Positions 46,017 through 58,378 of a stretch of 64,000 nucleotides of DNA are shown here, piece after piece. The notes under the pieces are model-generated. The model had not been told where the DNA came from, did no database searches, and was given only the letters and a program-made list of their open reading frames with translations. The position numbers and the translations under genes are program-made. Each line of letters starts with the position of its first letter. Position 1 is the first letter of the stretch. This stretch comes from an uncultured Clostridia bacterium (GTDB lineage Bacteria > Bacillota > Clostridia > Oscillospirales > UBA644): assembly GCA_948443805.1 (NCBI GenBank), contig CAOJUB010000003.1, positions 69,832 through 133,831 of the forward strand, written 5' to 3'.

Positions 46017-46052
46017 AAACCTATGGTATGACTTTCATCCATAGGTTTTTTT
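46017..46052 (+). terminator. Attenuator terminator upstream of ilvB
   Basis: AAACCTATGG(T)ATGA pairs with TCATCCATAGGTTT, 14 bp with one bulge and a CTT loop. The T-run extends to 46052. It ends about 50 nt before the ilvB start. Confidence 0.75.
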
Positions 46053-46103
46053 GTTGCTTTGGACCGGGACGGATTCCCGGAATGAAAAGGAGAGTGAACG
46101 GAT

Positions 46104-47765
46104 ATGAAAATGACAGGCTCGCAAATTCTGATAGAAACGCTTATCGAGCAGGGAACCGACGTTGTTTTCGGCTATCCCGGCGGGCAGGTTTTGAATATTT
46201 ATGATGAATTGTATCTGAATTCCGATCGGATCAGTCATGTTCTTACCGCGCATGAACAGGGAGCGGCGCATGCAGCCGACGGATATGCCAGGGCGACCGG
46301 AAAGGTCGGTGTTGTGATTGCGACTTCCGGTCCGGGCGCGACCAATCTGGTAACGGGTATTGCCACGGCGTACCTGGATTCGGTTCCCATGGTTGCCATT
46401 ACCGGCAACGTACCGACCGGGCTTCTGGGACGGGACAGTTTTCAGGAAGTGGATATTGTCGGCATTACCATGCCGGTGACAAAGCATAATTATATGGTAA
46501 AAAATGTCGCCGATCTGGCTGATACCATCCGGGAGGCTTTTGCCATTGCCAAATCGGGAAGGCCCGGCCCAGTATTGATCGATATTCCGAAAGACGTGCA
46601 GACGGCACAGACGGAATATTGTGCAGGGGAGCCTGCGCCGGAAGCAGAAACGCCGGATATTTCAGACGATGTTCTGAAACGGGCTGCGGAAATGATCAAT
46701 CAGTCGGAAAAACCGTATATTTACTGCGGCGGCGGCGCGATCCGCAGCGGCTGCGGAGAAGAAATCCTTGCAATTGCCGATAAGATTGATGCGCCGATCG
46801 GTTCCAGCCTGATGGGGCTTTCCGCAATTCCGACCGCCTCGGAAAGGGCGCTTGGCATGACCGGAATGCACGGCACCTATACGTCTTCTATGGCGAAGGC
46901 CGAGTCGGATCTGATTCTTGCCTTCGGCGTCCGGTTCAGCGACCGGGCAACCGGCGATAAGAGCCGTTATGCCGAGCATGCAAAAATTATTCATGTCGAT
47001 ATCGACGATGCGGAACTGAATAAAAATATCCCGGCGGATCTGGGAATTCACGGCGATATGAAAAAGATACTTTCCCGCCTCTGCGCGATGGTGGAAAAAT
47101 CCGAGAAACCGGATTGGCACGCGCATATCGCTTCCTTGCGGGAATATGAAAAGAAAAATGTTTTTTACGGTTCGGGCAAGCTTACGCCGAAAACGGTAAT
47201 CGATATGGTTTCCGCCGAGGCTTCGGAGAAAACGCCGATTGCCACCGACGTCGGGCAGCACCAGATGTGGACGGCTCAGTTCTATAATTTCAGAACCCCC
47301 CGCACCTTTATTTCCAGCGGCGGTCTTGGAACGATGGGGTTTGGAATGGGCGCCGCGATCGGCGCTTCGGTTGCAACGGGAGAACGGACGGTTCTGGTAA
47401 CCGGCGACGGCAGTTTCGGCATGAATCTTAATGAATTGGCGACGGCCGTTTCTCAGCGTATCCCGCTGGTTGTTGTTCTGATGAACAACGGCGTTCTGGG
47501 GATGGTCCGGCAGTGGCAGACAATCTTTTTCAACAAGCATTATGCGCAGACAACCCTTGAACGGAAGACCGATTTTACGGCGCTTGCCAAAGCTTTCGGC
47601 GCCGAGGGGCTGACGGCCGATACGCCGGAAACCTTTGCCGCTGCCCTGAAAACCGCTTTTTCAACCGACGGACCGGTGGTGATTGACTGCCGGATTGATC
47701 AGGATGAGCGGGTTCTTCCGATGATTCCGCCGAACAGTACGGTAGACAAGATGATTATTGATTAA
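46104..47765 (+). CDS. ilvB: Acetolactate synthase large subunit (biosynthetic)
   Basis: TPP enzyme with GYPGG, the GPGATNLVTGIA block and GLGTMGFGMGAAIGA...GDGSFGMN. 553 aa. Confidence 0.93.
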   Translation: MKMTGSQILIETLIEQGTDVVFGYPGGQVLNIYDELYLNSDRISHVLTAHEQGAAHAADGYARATGKVGVVIATSGPGATNLVTGIATAYLDSVPMVAITGNVPTGLLGRDSFQEVDIVGITMPVTKHNYMVKNVADLADTIREAFAIAKSGRPGPVLIDIPKDVQTAQTEYCAGEPAPEAETPDISDDVLKRAAEMINQSEKPYIYCGGGAIRSGCGEEILAIADKIDAPIGSSLMGLSAIPTASERALGMTGMHGTYTSSMAKAESDLILAFGVRFSDRATGDKSRYAEHAKIIHVDIDDAELNKNIPADLGIHGDMKKILSRLCAMVEKSEKPDWHAHIASLREYEKKNVFYGSGKLTPKTVIDMVSAEASEKTPIATDVGQHQMWTAQFYNFRTPRTFISSGGLGTMGFGMGAAIGASVATGERTVLVTGDGSFGMNLNELATAVSQRIPLVVVLMNNGVLGMVRQWQTIFFNKHYAQTTLERKTDFTALAKAFGAEGLTADTPETFAAALKTAFSTDGPVVIDCRIDQDERVLPMIPPNSTVDKMIID

Positions 47766-47778
47766 GGAGACGGGAACG

Positions 47779-49333
<1,555 letters not shown>

Positions 49334-49434
49334 TTTCCTTCTGAAAAGAACGGCCGTCCTCCTAAAGAGGGCGGCCGCTATGAAAAAAAAGGCGTTTTTT
49401 GATTTGATTTTCCAGAGAAAAGGATGGGCGTAAT

Positions 49435-51096
49435 ATGCGAAGCGACAAGATGAAAAAAGGGGCGGAAAGAGCGCCCCAGAGATCCCTGCTGAAAGCCATG
49501 GGATATACCAACGAACAGATTCGAAAACCGTTGATCGGTATTGTCAATTCCTTCAACGAGGTGATTCCGGGACATATCCATTTGCAGACTGTGGCCAGAA
49601 GCGTGAAAGACGGTGTTCTGATGGCCGGCGGTACGCCGATGGAATTCAATGTTATCGGTGTATGTGACGGGATTGCCATGGGGCATGAGGGAATGAAATA
49701 CTCTCTCGCTTCCAGAGAACTGATCGCCGACAGTATTGAATGCATGGCGAAAGCGCACTGCTTCGACGGTCTTGTTTTTATCCCCAATTGCGATAAGATT
49801 GTTCCCGGCATGCTGATTGCCGCGGCGAGACTGAATCTTCCTTCGATTTTTGTTTCAGGCGGACCGATGCTTTCTAACTGTTCCGACGAAGGAAAGGCGA
49901 TGGATCTCAACAGTGTGTTTGAGGCGGTCGGCGCTTATAAAAACGGCACAATCGATGAGGATCGTCTGGAATATTTTGAGGAAAATGCCTGTCCCGGCTG
50001 CGGTTCCTGTTCCGGGATGTTTACCGCAAACTCGATGAACTGTCTTTGCGAGGTTCTCGGCATGGCGCTGAAGGGCAACGGAACCGTTCCCGCCGTTCAC
50101 GCTTCCCGGCTGCGTCTTGCCAAAGCTGCCGGCATGCGTTCGGTCGGGCTGGTGGAGGAAAACCTCCGTCCGCTGGATATTATGACGCCGAAGGCATTTG
50201 AAAATGCCCTGGTTGTCGATATGGCGCTGGGCTGTTCCAGCAACTCGCTTCTGCATCTGACGGCCGTTGCGCATCAGGCCGGGGTGGAACTGGATCTGAA
50301 AAAGGTCAATGAAATCAGCGAGCATACGCCGAATCTTTGCCGGCTGGCTCCGGCGGGCGGCCACCACGTGCAGGAACTCAACGATGCGGGCGGCGTTTAT
50401 GCGGTTATGAATGAAATTTCCAAAGGCGGACGACTGGACCTTTCGCTGAAAACCGTAACCGGAAAAACCGTTGGGGAAAACATTGCCGGTTGCCCGGTCA
50501 GAAACCGGGAGGTTATCCGTTCTTTTGAAGAACCGTATTCAAAAACCGGCGGTTTGGCCGTTTTGTTCGGATCTCTTGCTGAAAACGGCGCGGTTGTCAA
50601 ACGCAGCGCGGTAGCGCCGGAAATGCTTGTTCACAAAGGTCCTGCGCGTGTATTCAACAGCGAAGAAGAAGCAATTGCCGCGATTTATAATGCGGAAATC
50701 AAGAGCGGCGATGTTGTTGTGATCCGCTATGAAGGTCCTGCGGGAGGCCCCGGTATGCGGGAAATGCTTTCCCCGACTTCGGCAATTGCCGGTATGGGGC
50801 TGGATAAAGAGGTTGCGCTGGTTACCGACGGAAGATTCTCCGGGGCGACAAGAGGCGCATCGATCGGGCATGTATCTCCCGAAGCGGTCAGCGGCGGCAC
50901 GATCGCCTATGTGCAGGAGGGGGATCTGATATCGATCGATATTCCGAATTATTCGATTGAACTGGAGATTTCTCCCGAAGAATTGGAAAACCGCAGAAAA
51001 ACCATGGCGATTCAGAAAAAAGACAATGTGACCGGCTATCTTGCCAAATATGCGAGAAGCGTTTCTTCCGCCGATAAAGGCGCGGTTATTGATTAG
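49435..51096 (+). CDS. ilvD: Dihydroxy-acid dehydratase
   Basis: NCDKIVPGM, the [17 protein letters not shown] Fe-S ligand block, [13 protein letters not shown]. Confidence 0.95.
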   Translation: MRSDKMKKGAERAPQRSLLKAMGYTNEQIRKPLIGIVNSFNEVIPGHIHLQTVARSVKDGVLMAGGTPMEFNVIGVCDGIAMGHEGMKYSLASRELIADSIECMAKAHCFDGLVFIPNCDKIVPGMLIAAARLNLPSIFVSGGPMLSNCSDEGKAMDLNSVFEAVGAYKNGTIDEDRLEYFEENACPGCGSCSGMFTANSMNCLCEVLGMALKGNGTVPAVHASRLRLAKAAGMRSVGLVEENLRPLDIMTPKAFENALVVDMALGCSSNSLLHLTAVAHQAGVELDLKKVNEISEHTPNLCRLAPAGGHHVQELNDAGGVYAVMNEISKGGRLDLSLKTVTGKTVGENIAGCPVRNREVIRSFEEPYSKTGGLAVLFGSLAENGAVVKRSAVAPEMLVHKGPARVFNSEEEAIAAIYNAEIKSGDVVVIRYEGPAGGPGMREMLSPTSAIAGMGLDKEVALVTDGRFSGATRGASIGHVSPEAVSGGTIAYVQEGDLISIDIPNYSIELEISPEELENRRKTMAIQKKDNVTGYLAKYARSVSSADKGAVID

Positions 51097-51138
51097 GCAT
51101 AAAAAATTGCCGCTTTGTGCGGCGAAAGGAGGCGTTCT

Positions 51139-52635
51139 ATGAGACGAATCAAAATTTTTGACACAACATTGCGGGACGGGGAACAGTCGCCCGGCTGCAC
51201 GATGAATCTTCAGGAGAAAATTGAAATTGCCAAGGCGCTTGAAAAGCTGAAGGTTGACGTCATTGAAGCCGGTTTTGCCATTTCTTCTCCGGGCGATTTC
51301 GAGTCGGTGAAGACCATTGCGGAAACGGTTCGGGACTGTTCGGTTGCTTCGCTTGCCCGGCTGACCGAAAAAGATATTGACGCGGCCTATGAGGCGGTGA
51401 AAGGCGGAGCCGATCCCCGGATTCATGTTTTTATTGCGACTTCTCCGGTACATATGGAATATAAACTGAAAATGTCTCCCGAACAGGTTCTGGAAAAAAC
51501 GCGCGCGGCGGTTGCCTATGCGAAAAAATACTGTTCGAATATTGAGTTCTCCGCGGAGGACGCCACACGGAGCGATCCGGAATTTTTGGCGAAAGTCGTT
51601 TCGGCGGCGATTCAGAGCGGGGCTACCGTTATTAATGTTCCCGATACGGTGGGGTATACCACGCCGCAGGAAATGCAGGAACGGATTGCCTATCTGATTG
51701 CCAACGTGGAAAACAGCGACCGGGTGGAATTTTCGGTGCACTGCCATAACGATCTCGGCATGGCGGTGGCGAACTCCCTCGGCGGTGTGAGAGGCGGCGC
51801 TCTGCAGATTGAATGTACCGTCAACGGAATCGGAGAACGTGCGGGCAACACATCGCTGGAAGAAGTGGTAATGGCCATGCATACGCGCCCGGATTTGTAT
51901 CCGAATATGCCGCGGATCGAAACGAAAAGGATTTATAAAACCAGCAAAATGGTGTATCACACGATCGGACAGACGCCTTCTCCGAACAAACCGATTGTCG
52001 GTGAAAATGCTTTTGCGCATGAATCGGGGATTCATCAGCATGGCGTTCTTGCCAATAAAAATACTTATGAAATTATGACGCCGGAATCGGTCGGAATTCA
52101 GGAAAAACAGTTGGTATTGGGCAAACATTCGGGAAAACATGCATTTGAGGCGCGTCTTTCCGAACTGGGGTATGATCTTTCTCCCGATGAACTGGCCGAG
52201 TGTTTTGTCCGTTTCAAGGATCTGTGCGATAAGAAAAAAATGGTCAACGACCGTGATGTGGAAGCGCTGGTTCATAATAAGGCGGTGACTTCCAGCAAAT
52301 ATACGCTGGACCGTTTCGACGTTCATGCCGGAAATGTAACGACGGCAACCTGTACGATTCGTCTGAAAAAAGACGGAGAAGTGCTGGAAGAGGTTTCTCT
52401 CGGCGACGGGCCGATCGATGCGGCTTACAATGCGATCGATAAAATTATTCTTCCGCCCGCGCATACGCTGGATAAATATTCGATCAACGCGGTTTCAGAA
52501 GGCAAAGATACTCTGGGCGAGGTTATTGTCAAGCTGAAGTCCGAAAGCGGAGTTGTGAACGGCAGAGGGCTTTCCACCGATATTATCGAGGCGAGCATTC
52601 TCGCGTATCTGAACGCGGTTGATAAACTTCTTTGA
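51139..52635 (+). CDS. leuA: 2-isopropylmalate synthase
   Basis: IFDTTLRDGEQSPG, HCHNDLGMAVANSL, and a C-terminal LeuA dimerisation/regulatory domain. ATG 51139 follows GAAAGGAGG. Confidence 0.9.
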   Translation: MRRIKIFDTTLRDGEQSPGCTMNLQEKIEIAKALEKLKVDVIEAGFAISSPGDFESVKTIAETVRDCSVASLARLTEKDIDAAYEAVKGGADPRIHVFIATSPVHMEYKLKMSPEQVLEKTRAAVAYAKKYCSNIEFSAEDATRSDPEFLAKVVSAAIQSGATVINVPDTVGYTTPQEMQERIAYLIANVENSDRVEFSVHCHNDLGMAVANSLGGVRGGALQIECTVNGIGERAGNTSLEEVVMAMHTRPDLYPNMPRIETKRIYKTSKMVYHTIGQTPSPNKPIVGENAFAHESGIHQHGVLANKNTYEIMTPESVGIQEKQLVLGKHSGKHAFEARLSELGYDLSPDELAECFVRFKDLCDKKKMVNDRDVEALVHNKAVTSSKYTLDRFDVHAGNVTTATCTIRLKKDGEVLEEVSLGDGPIDAAYNAIDKIILPPAHTLDKYSINAVSEGKDTLGEVIVKLKSESGVVNGRGLSTDIIEASILAYLNAVDKLL

Positions 52636-52649
52636 GAGGATCGGGAAGT

Positions 52650-54215
52650 ATGAGGAAGATAGAAATATTTGATTCTACCCTGCGGGACGGTTCGCAGGGG
52701 GAGGGCATTTCCTTTTCGGTGCAGGATAAGCTGAATATCGTCAAAAAGCTGGATGAATTCGGCGTGACCTATATCGAGGCGGGAAATCCCGGTTCCAATC
52801 CGAAAGATCTTCGTTTTTTTGAAGCGTTGAAAGACGTTTCGCTCAAACAGGCGAAAATCTGTGCGTTCGGCAGCACGGCGCGGAGCAATATTCCGGTAGA
52901 GGAAGATAAAAACCTAATCAGCCTGTTATCGGCGGAAACGCCCTGCGTTTCGGTTTTCGGCAAATCGTGGGATCTGCATGTGACGGAAATTCTGAAAATT
53001 TCGCTGGAAGAAAATCTCCGGATTGTAACAGAAACGCTTGCCTATCTGAAAAGCAAAGGCAAAGAAGTGATTTTTGATGCGGAGCATTTTTTCGACGGAT
53101 ACAAGGCAAATCCTGAATATACGATGAAGGTCCTCGGCGCGGCGGTTTCCGGCGGGGCAGAGGTTCTCTGCCTGTGCGATACCAATGGCGGATGTATTCC
53201 GGATTTTATCGGAAAGGTGACCTCTGAGGTGTGCAAAGCATTTCCTCAGTTGCGGGTGGGCATCCACTGTCATGACGATATCGGTTGTGCTACGGCAAAT
53301 TCGGTTGTAGCGGTTCAGAACGGTGCGGTTCAGGTTCAGGGGACTTTTATCGGTTTCGGCGAACGCTGCGGCAATGCCGATCTGAGTACTATCATGCCTA
53401 CGCTGGCATTTAAATGCGGGTTTCCGCTCGCGGTCGATTTTTCAAATCTCAAACAGACGGCAAGAACGATAGGAGAGATATCCAACGTCCGGATTCACCG
53501 GAATCATCCCTATATCGGAAAAAGCGCGTTTGCCCATAAAGGCGGCATGCATATCGACGGGGTTCAGAAGCTTCCTGCTTCTTTTGAGCATATCGATCCC
53601 GCTCTTGTCGGAAACGAACGGAAATTTCTGCTCAGCGAGGTTTCGGGAAGAGGCACGGTGCTTCCCCGGATTCAGAAATTTCTGCCCTTTCTTACCAAAC
53701 AGTCTCCCGAGACCGGAATGATTACCGAGGAACTGAAAAAACAGGAATATAACGGTTATCAGTATGAGGGTGCGGACGCTTCGTTTGAACTGTTCGTCAA
53801 AAAACAGCTCGGTCTCTGGACGCCTCATTTTCATGTGATTATGTATAAGGTAATCGACGATTTTCCGGCGCCCGACGGCGAACAGCAGTCGAACGCGATG
53901 GTGAAAATCGAGGTTGAGGGGAAAACCGAACTGACCTGCGGCAGCGGAAACGGTCCGGTAAATGCGCTGGACAGCGCTCTGCGTACGGCGATTGGGATGT
54001 TTTATCCGGAAATCAGCGATATGCACCTGCTGGATTATAAAGTCCGCGTGATCGATACCGGAAAGGCGACCGACGCAAAAACCCGTGTTTTAATTGAATC
54101 TGCCGACATGGACTCGTCTTTTACGACGATCGGCGTATCAACCGACATCATAGAAGCAAGTTTTATGGCGCTGATGGATTCGTTTGAATATAAATTATCG
54201 AAAAAGGAGTTGTAA
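52650..54215 (+). CDS. cimA: Citramalate synthase (LeuA paralogue, CimA type)
   Basis: [35 protein letters not shown]. ~520 aa with a LeuA_dimer-like C-terminus. The DGSQ/GISFS variant is typical of the TIGR00977-type citramalate synthases. Confidence 0.78.
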   Translation: MRKIEIFDSTLRDGSQGEGISFSVQDKLNIVKKLDEFGVTYIEAGNPGSNPKDLRFFEALKDVSLKQAKICAFGSTARSNIPVEEDKNLISLLSAETPCVSVFGKSWDLHVTEILKISLEENLRIVTETLAYLKSKGKEVIFDAEHFFDGYKANPEYTMKVLGAAVSGGAEVLCLCDTNGGCIPDFIGKVTSEVCKAFPQLRVGIHCHDDIGCATANSVVAVQNGAVQVQGTFIGFGERCGNADLSTIMPTLAFKCGFPLAVDFSNLKQTARTIGEISNVRIHRNHPYIGKSAFAHKGGMHIDGVQKLPASFEHIDPALVGNERKFLLSEVSGRGTVLPRIQKFLPFLTKQSPETGMITEELKKQEYNGYQYEGADASFELFVKKQLGLWTPHFHVIMYKVIDDFPAPDGEQQSNAMVKIEVEGKTELTCGSGNGPVNALDSALRTAIGMFYPEISDMHLLDYKVRVIDTGKATDAKTRVLIESADMDSSFTTIGVSTDIIEASFMALMDSFEYKLSKKEL

Positions 54216-54219
54216 ACAA

Positions 54220-55482
54220 ATGGCGATGACCATGACACAGAAAATTCTGGCCGCGCATGCGGGACTTGATTCCGTTTCTGCCGGACAGCTGATCCTGGCA
54301 AACGTAGATATGGTGCTGGGAAATGATATTACCTCTCCGGTTGCAATCAGAGAATATAAAAAACTCGGCCGGGATTCGGTATTTGACAAGGAAAAGGTTG
54401 CGATGGTAATGGACCATTTCGCACCGAATAAAGATATCAAGGCTGCGGAACAGTGCAAAATGTGCCGTAATTTCTGCGGCGATATGGATATTACGAATTT
54501 TTACGATGTCGGTCAGATGGGCGTAGAACATGCGCTTCTTCCCGAACGGGGGCTGGTTGTCAGCGGAGACGTTGTTATCGGCGCCGATTCTCATACCTGC
54601 ACCTATGGCGCGCTCGGCGCTTTTTCCACCGGCGTGGGGTCTACCGACATGGCTTGCGGCATGGCAACCGGAAAAGCCTGGTTTAAAGTTCCTTCCGCGC
54701 TCAAATTTGAGCTGAAGGGAAAGTTGAACAAGGATGTGTACGGTAAAGATGTCATTCTGCATATTATCGGTATGATCGGCGTTGACGGCGCGCTGTATAA
54801 ATCCATGGAGTTCTGCGGCGAAGGCCTGCATACGCTTTCTGTCAGCGACCGGCTTTGTATGGCGAATATGGCGATTGAAGCCGGTGCGAAAAACGGAATT
54901 TTCGAAGTGGACGATCAGACGCTTTCCTTTATCCGGGAAGCGGGCGGCAAAGAACCGACGGTCTATGCGGCCGATGCCGATGCGGAATATGAACAGACCT
55001 ATGTGATTGATCTTTCGGAGATCAAACCGACCGTTGCGTTCCCGCATTTGCCTGAAAATACGCATACCGTTGACGAGATTGACGATATCGCAATCGATCA
55101 GGTTGTGATTGGTTCCTGCACCAACGGCCGTCTGGAAGACCTGGTAATCGCCGCTGCTGTTCTGAAGGGCAGGCAAGTGAAAAAAGGCGTGAGAACCATT
55201 GTAATTCCCGCTACGCAGAAAATTTATATGCAGGCTATGGAAATGGGCCTTCTGAAAACCTTTATCGAAGCCGGCGCAACCGTTTCTACGCCGACCTGCG
55301 GCCCGTGTCTCGGCGGCCATATGGGAATCCTCGCCGAAGGGGAAAGAGCCGTTGCGACCACCAACAGAAATTTTGTCGGAAGAATGGGACATCCGAAATC
55401 CGAGGTTTATCTGGCAAGTCCGGCAGTGGCCGCGGCTTCGGCAATCACCGGTAAAATTTCCCAGCCTTCTGATTTGGACTGA
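54220..55482 (+). CDS. leuC: 3-isopropylmalate dehydratase large subunit
   Basis: Aconitase-family motifs: [33 protein letters not shown] 54220 follows AAGGAG. Confidence 0.92.
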   Translation: MAMTMTQKILAAHAGLDSVSAGQLILANVDMVLGNDITSPVAIREYKKLGRDSVFDKEKVAMVMDHFAPNKDIKAAEQCKMCRNFCGDMDITNFYDVGQMGVEHALLPERGLVVSGDVVIGADSHTCTYGALGAFSTGVGSTDMACGMATGKAWFKVPSALKFELKGKLNKDVYGKDVILHIIGMIGVDGALYKSMEFCGEGLHTLSVSDRLCMANMAIEAGAKNGIFEVDDQTLSFIREAGGKEPTVYAADADAEYEQTYVIDLSEIKPTVAFPHLPENTHTVDEIDDIAIDQVVIGSCTNGRLEDLVIAAAVLKGRQVKKGVRTIVIPATQKIYMQAMEMGLLKTFIEAGATVSTPTCGPCLGGHMGILAEGERAVATTNRNFVGRMGHPKSEVYLASPAVAAASAITGKISQPSDLD

Positions 55483-55506
55483 TAGAAGGAAAGGAGCGTT
55501 ATTATC

Positions 55507-56001
55507 ATGAAATTCCAGGGCGATGTAATCAAATACGGCGATAATGTCGATACCGACGTTATTATTCCGGCGCGTTATCTGAACACCATTGATAAAAAAG
55601 AGTTGGCAAGCCATTGTATGGAGGATCTGGATCAGACGTTTGTTTCCCGGGTCAAACAGGGCGATATTATGGTTGCCGGTTTTAATTTCGGCTGCGGTTC
55701 TTCTCGTGAACATGCGCCGATTGCCATTAAGGAAAGCGGCATAGCCCTTGTAATTGCCAAGAGTTTTGCCAGAATTTTTTACCGGAATTCGATCAATATC
55801 GGTCTTCCGATTATTGAATGCCCCGAAGCTGCCGAGGCGATCGCCGAAGGCAACCGGTTGGATGTGGATATGGATCAGGGCATAATCCGGAATGTAACGA
55901 CCGGTGCGGAATACAAAACGGAACCTTTCCCGGAATTTGTACAGAAAATTATTACTTCCGGCGGATTGATTGAATCAATTAAGAAAGGAACTATTCAATA
56001 G
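55507..56001 (+). CDS. leuD: 3-isopropylmalate dehydratase small subunit
   Basis: [15 protein letters not shown] and [12 protein letters not shown]. 164 aa. Confidence 0.92.
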   Translation: MKFQGDVIKYGDNVDTDVIIPARYLNTIDKKELASHCMEDLDQTFVSRVKQGDIMVAGFNFGCGSSREHAPIAIKESGIALVIAKSFARIFYRNSINIGLPIIECPEAAEAIAEGNRLDVDMDQGIIRNVTTGAEYKTEPFPEFVQKIITSGGLIESIKKGTIQ

Positions 56002-56013
56002 AGGTGACTGAAA

Positions 56014-57087
56014 ATGGATTTGAACATTGCTTTGCTGAAGGGCGACGGAATTGGCCCTGAAATTGTTGACAGCACGGTTGCCGTTCTGGAAAAGATCGGT
56101 AAAAAATTCGGACATCGCTTTACTTTTACGCCGTATCTTGCCGGCGGCTGCGCCATTGACGCGACCGGCGAGCCGCTTCCGCAGGAAACGGTTGACGGCT
56201 GCAAGGCGAGCGACAGCGTCCTTCTCGGCGCGGTGGGCGGCCCGAAATGGGATACCCTTCCGGGACATCTCCGTCCGGAAAGAGCGCTTCTCGGTATGCG
56301 TTCGGCGCTGGGACTGTATACCAATATCCGTCCGGCAAAACTGTATTCTGCGCTGAAAGCAGAATGCCTTCTCCGGGAAGATATTGTGGCCAAAGGCGTT
56401 GATCTGGTGATGATCCGTGAACTGACCGGCGGTATTTATTTCGGTGAAAGAGGCCGCAGACAGGGCGCGATGGGCGAAGAAGCCTATGATACTGAGTGCT
56501 ACAGTGAAAAAGAGGTAGAACGGATTGCGCGGGTCGCTTTTGAAACGGCGAAGAAGAGAAGCAAAAAAGTAACGAGCATCGATAAAGCGAATGTGCTGGA
56601 GAGTTCCCGGCTCTGGAGAGAAGTGATGCACCGGGTTGCGGCGGAATATCCGGAGATTGAATGTACGGATATGCTGGTTGATAATGCTGCGATGCAGCTG
56701 ATTAAAAATCCGTCGCAGTTTGATGTGGTTGTCACTTCCAATATGTTCGGCGATATTTTGTCGGATGAGTCGTCGCAGATCACCGGTTCGATCGGGCTGC
56801 TGCCGTCGGCTTCGCTGGGCGACAGCAAATGCGGGATGTATGAGCCGATTCACGGTTCCGCTCCGGATATTGCCGGGCAGAACAAATCGAATCCGATCGC
56901 TACCGTGCTTTCGGGCGCGATGATGCTCCGCTATTCGTTCGATCTGGAGGAAGAAGCCAGAGCGATTGAAGCCGCAGTTGACAATGTGCTTAACGCCGGG
57001 TGGAGAACGGCGGATATCCTCGGTACTTCTACGGCGGCTCCGCTTTCCTGTACCGAAATGACTGAAAAAATTCTTGAGCAGATATAA
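56014..57087 (+). CDS. leuB: 3-isopropylmalate dehydrogenase
   Basis: [39 protein letters not shown]. Confidence 0.93.
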   Translation: MDLNIALLKGDGIGPEIVDSTVAVLEKIGKKFGHRFTFTPYLAGGCAIDATGEPLPQETVDGCKASDSVLLGAVGGPKWDTLPGHLRPERALLGMRSALGLYTNIRPAKLYSALKAECLLREDIVAKGVDLVMIRELTGGIYFGERGRRQGAMGEEAYDTECYSEKEVERIARVAFETAKKRSKKVTSIDKANVLESSRLWREVMHRVAAEYPEIECTDMLVDNAAMQLIKNPSQFDVVVTSNMFGDILSDESSQITGSIGLLPSASLGDSKCGMYEPIHGSAPDIAGQNKSNPIATVLSGAMMLRYSFDLEEEARAIEAAVDNVLNAGWRTADILGTSTAAPLSCTEMTEKILEQI

Positions 57088-57102
57088 TCGGAGGCGATTG
57101 AA

Positions 57103-58173
57103 TTGCTGAATATCAGGATTGAAAAAACAACCGAACCCAAACAAAAACCTGCCGCCGGGCAGAAGCTTGGTTTCGGGAAGATTTTTACCGACCATATGTT
57201 TGTCATGAACTATACCGAAGGCAAGGGATGGTATGATGCGAGAGTGGTTCCTTTTTCAAGAATCTCGCTTTCTCCCGCAGCCATGGTTTTCCATTACGGA
57301 CAGGAAATGTTCGAGGGACTGAAGGCGTACCGGGGGGCGGACGGCAAGGCGTATCTTTTCCGTCCGGATATGAATGCGAAAAGAACCAATGCGACAAACC
57401 GGAGGCTTTGTATTCCTGAAATCCCCGAAGAGGATTTTGTTCAGGCGGTGAAAACCGTTGTCGACGTTGACAGCGACTGGATTCCGCGGGAAGAAGGCAC
57501 ATCGCTGTATATCCGGCCATTTATCATTGCAACCGATGAATTTCTCGGCGTAGCGCCTTCACAGAATTATCTGTTTATGGTGATTCTTTCTCCGAGCGGC
57601 GCTTACTATGAAAACGGTCTGGCGCCGGTCGGCATTTGGATTGAGGACGAGTATGTGCGGGCCGTTAAGGGCGGTATCGGTTTTGCAAAAACCGGCGGAA
57701 ATTATGCGGCAAGCCTGATTGCTCAGGTTAAAGCGCATGACGAAGGTTTTTCTCAGGTTCTCTGGCTGGACGGCGTTGAACGCAAATATATCGAAGAAGT
57801 TGGCGCGATGAATATCTTCTTTAAAATCAACGGCACGGTGGTAACGCCGATGCTGAACGGAAGTATTCTTCCCGGCATTACCCGGGATTCCGTTCTGCAT
57901 CTCTGCCGCGAATGGGGAATCCCTACCGAAGAACGGAGAATCTCGGTCGAAGAGCTTCTTCTTGCTCAGCAGAACGGAACGCTGGAAGAGGTTTTCGGCA
58001 CCGGAACGGCGGCGGTGATCTCGCCTGTCGGGAAACTTCGTTTTAAAGACGATGTCATGACGATCCACGATGGCAAGATCGGTCCTCTCAGCCAGAAACT
58101 GTATGACGCCGTTACCGGAATTCAGCGCGGCGGAGCGGAGGATCCGTTCGGCTGGCGGGTATTGGTAAAATAG
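57103..58173 (+). CDS. ilvE: Branched-chain amino acid aminotransferase
   Basis: 356-aa class IV aminotransferase with FEGLKAYR and GTGTAAVISPV. TTG start. Confidence 0.88.
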   Translation: MLNIRIEKTTEPKQKPAAGQKLGFGKIFTDHMFVMNYTEGKGWYDARVVPFSRISLSPAAMVFHYGQEMFEGLKAYRGADGKAYLFRPDMNAKRTNATNRRLCIPEIPEEDFVQAVKTVVDVDSDWIPREEGTSLYIRPFIIATDEFLGVAPSQNYLFMVILSPSGAYYENGLAPVGIWIEDEYVRAVKGGIGFAKTGGNYAASLIAQVKAHDEGFSQVLWLDGVERKYIEEVGAMNIFFKINGTVVTPMLNGSILPGITRDSVLHLCREWGIPTEERRISVEELLLAQQNGTLEEVFGTGTAAVISPVGKLRFKDDVMTIHDGKIGPLSQKLYDAVTGIQRGGAEDPFGWRVLVK

Positions 58174-58210
58174 TATTGTTTTGTTGCTTTACAACACTGT
58201 AAAAACTGAA

Positions 58211-58246
58211 AAAACCCACAGTTCAAAAAGAACTGTGGGTTTTTTA
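58211..58246 (+). terminator. Intrinsic terminator closing the ilv-leu operon
   Basis: AACCCACAGTTC (58213-24) pairs with GAACTGTGGGTT (58230-41), AAAAA loop, then a T-run. Confidence 0.85.
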
Positions 58247-58304
58247 TTTTTTCCGGTTTCGGGTCGGGAATTTTAATCTTTTTGTGAATTATCAGGCGGA
58301 GGGG

Positions 58305-58345
58305 TTGACAATCTTGGTTGATCTGTATATACTGTATATATACAG
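58305..58345 (+). promoter_or_regulatory. Promoter plus dyad operator of the ytrA-like operon
   Basis: TTGACA (58305-10), 17-nt spacer, TATACT (58328-33). CTGTATATA (58323-31) and TATATACAG (58337-45) form a 9-bp inverted repeat across the -10 and +1. Confidence 0.6.
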
Positions 58346-58378
58346 TTTGGGGATGAAACGATAAAGCGAGTTGAGGGA

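Noticed and set aside
50539-52464. Very long antisense ORFs opposite well-supported genes. Examples: 641 aa opposite ilvD/leuA; 54163-55713 (516 aa) opposite leuC; 11297-12568 (423 aa) opposite pheT; 55975-57195 (406 aa) opposite leuB; 5296-6207 opposite ymdB.
   Set aside because: Each lies antisense to a gene with unambiguous family motifs. Their translations are low-complexity and Arg/Phe/Asn/Ile-rich, with no recognisable motif, no SD and no operon logic. They are shadow ORFs explained by the sense-strand codon bias.
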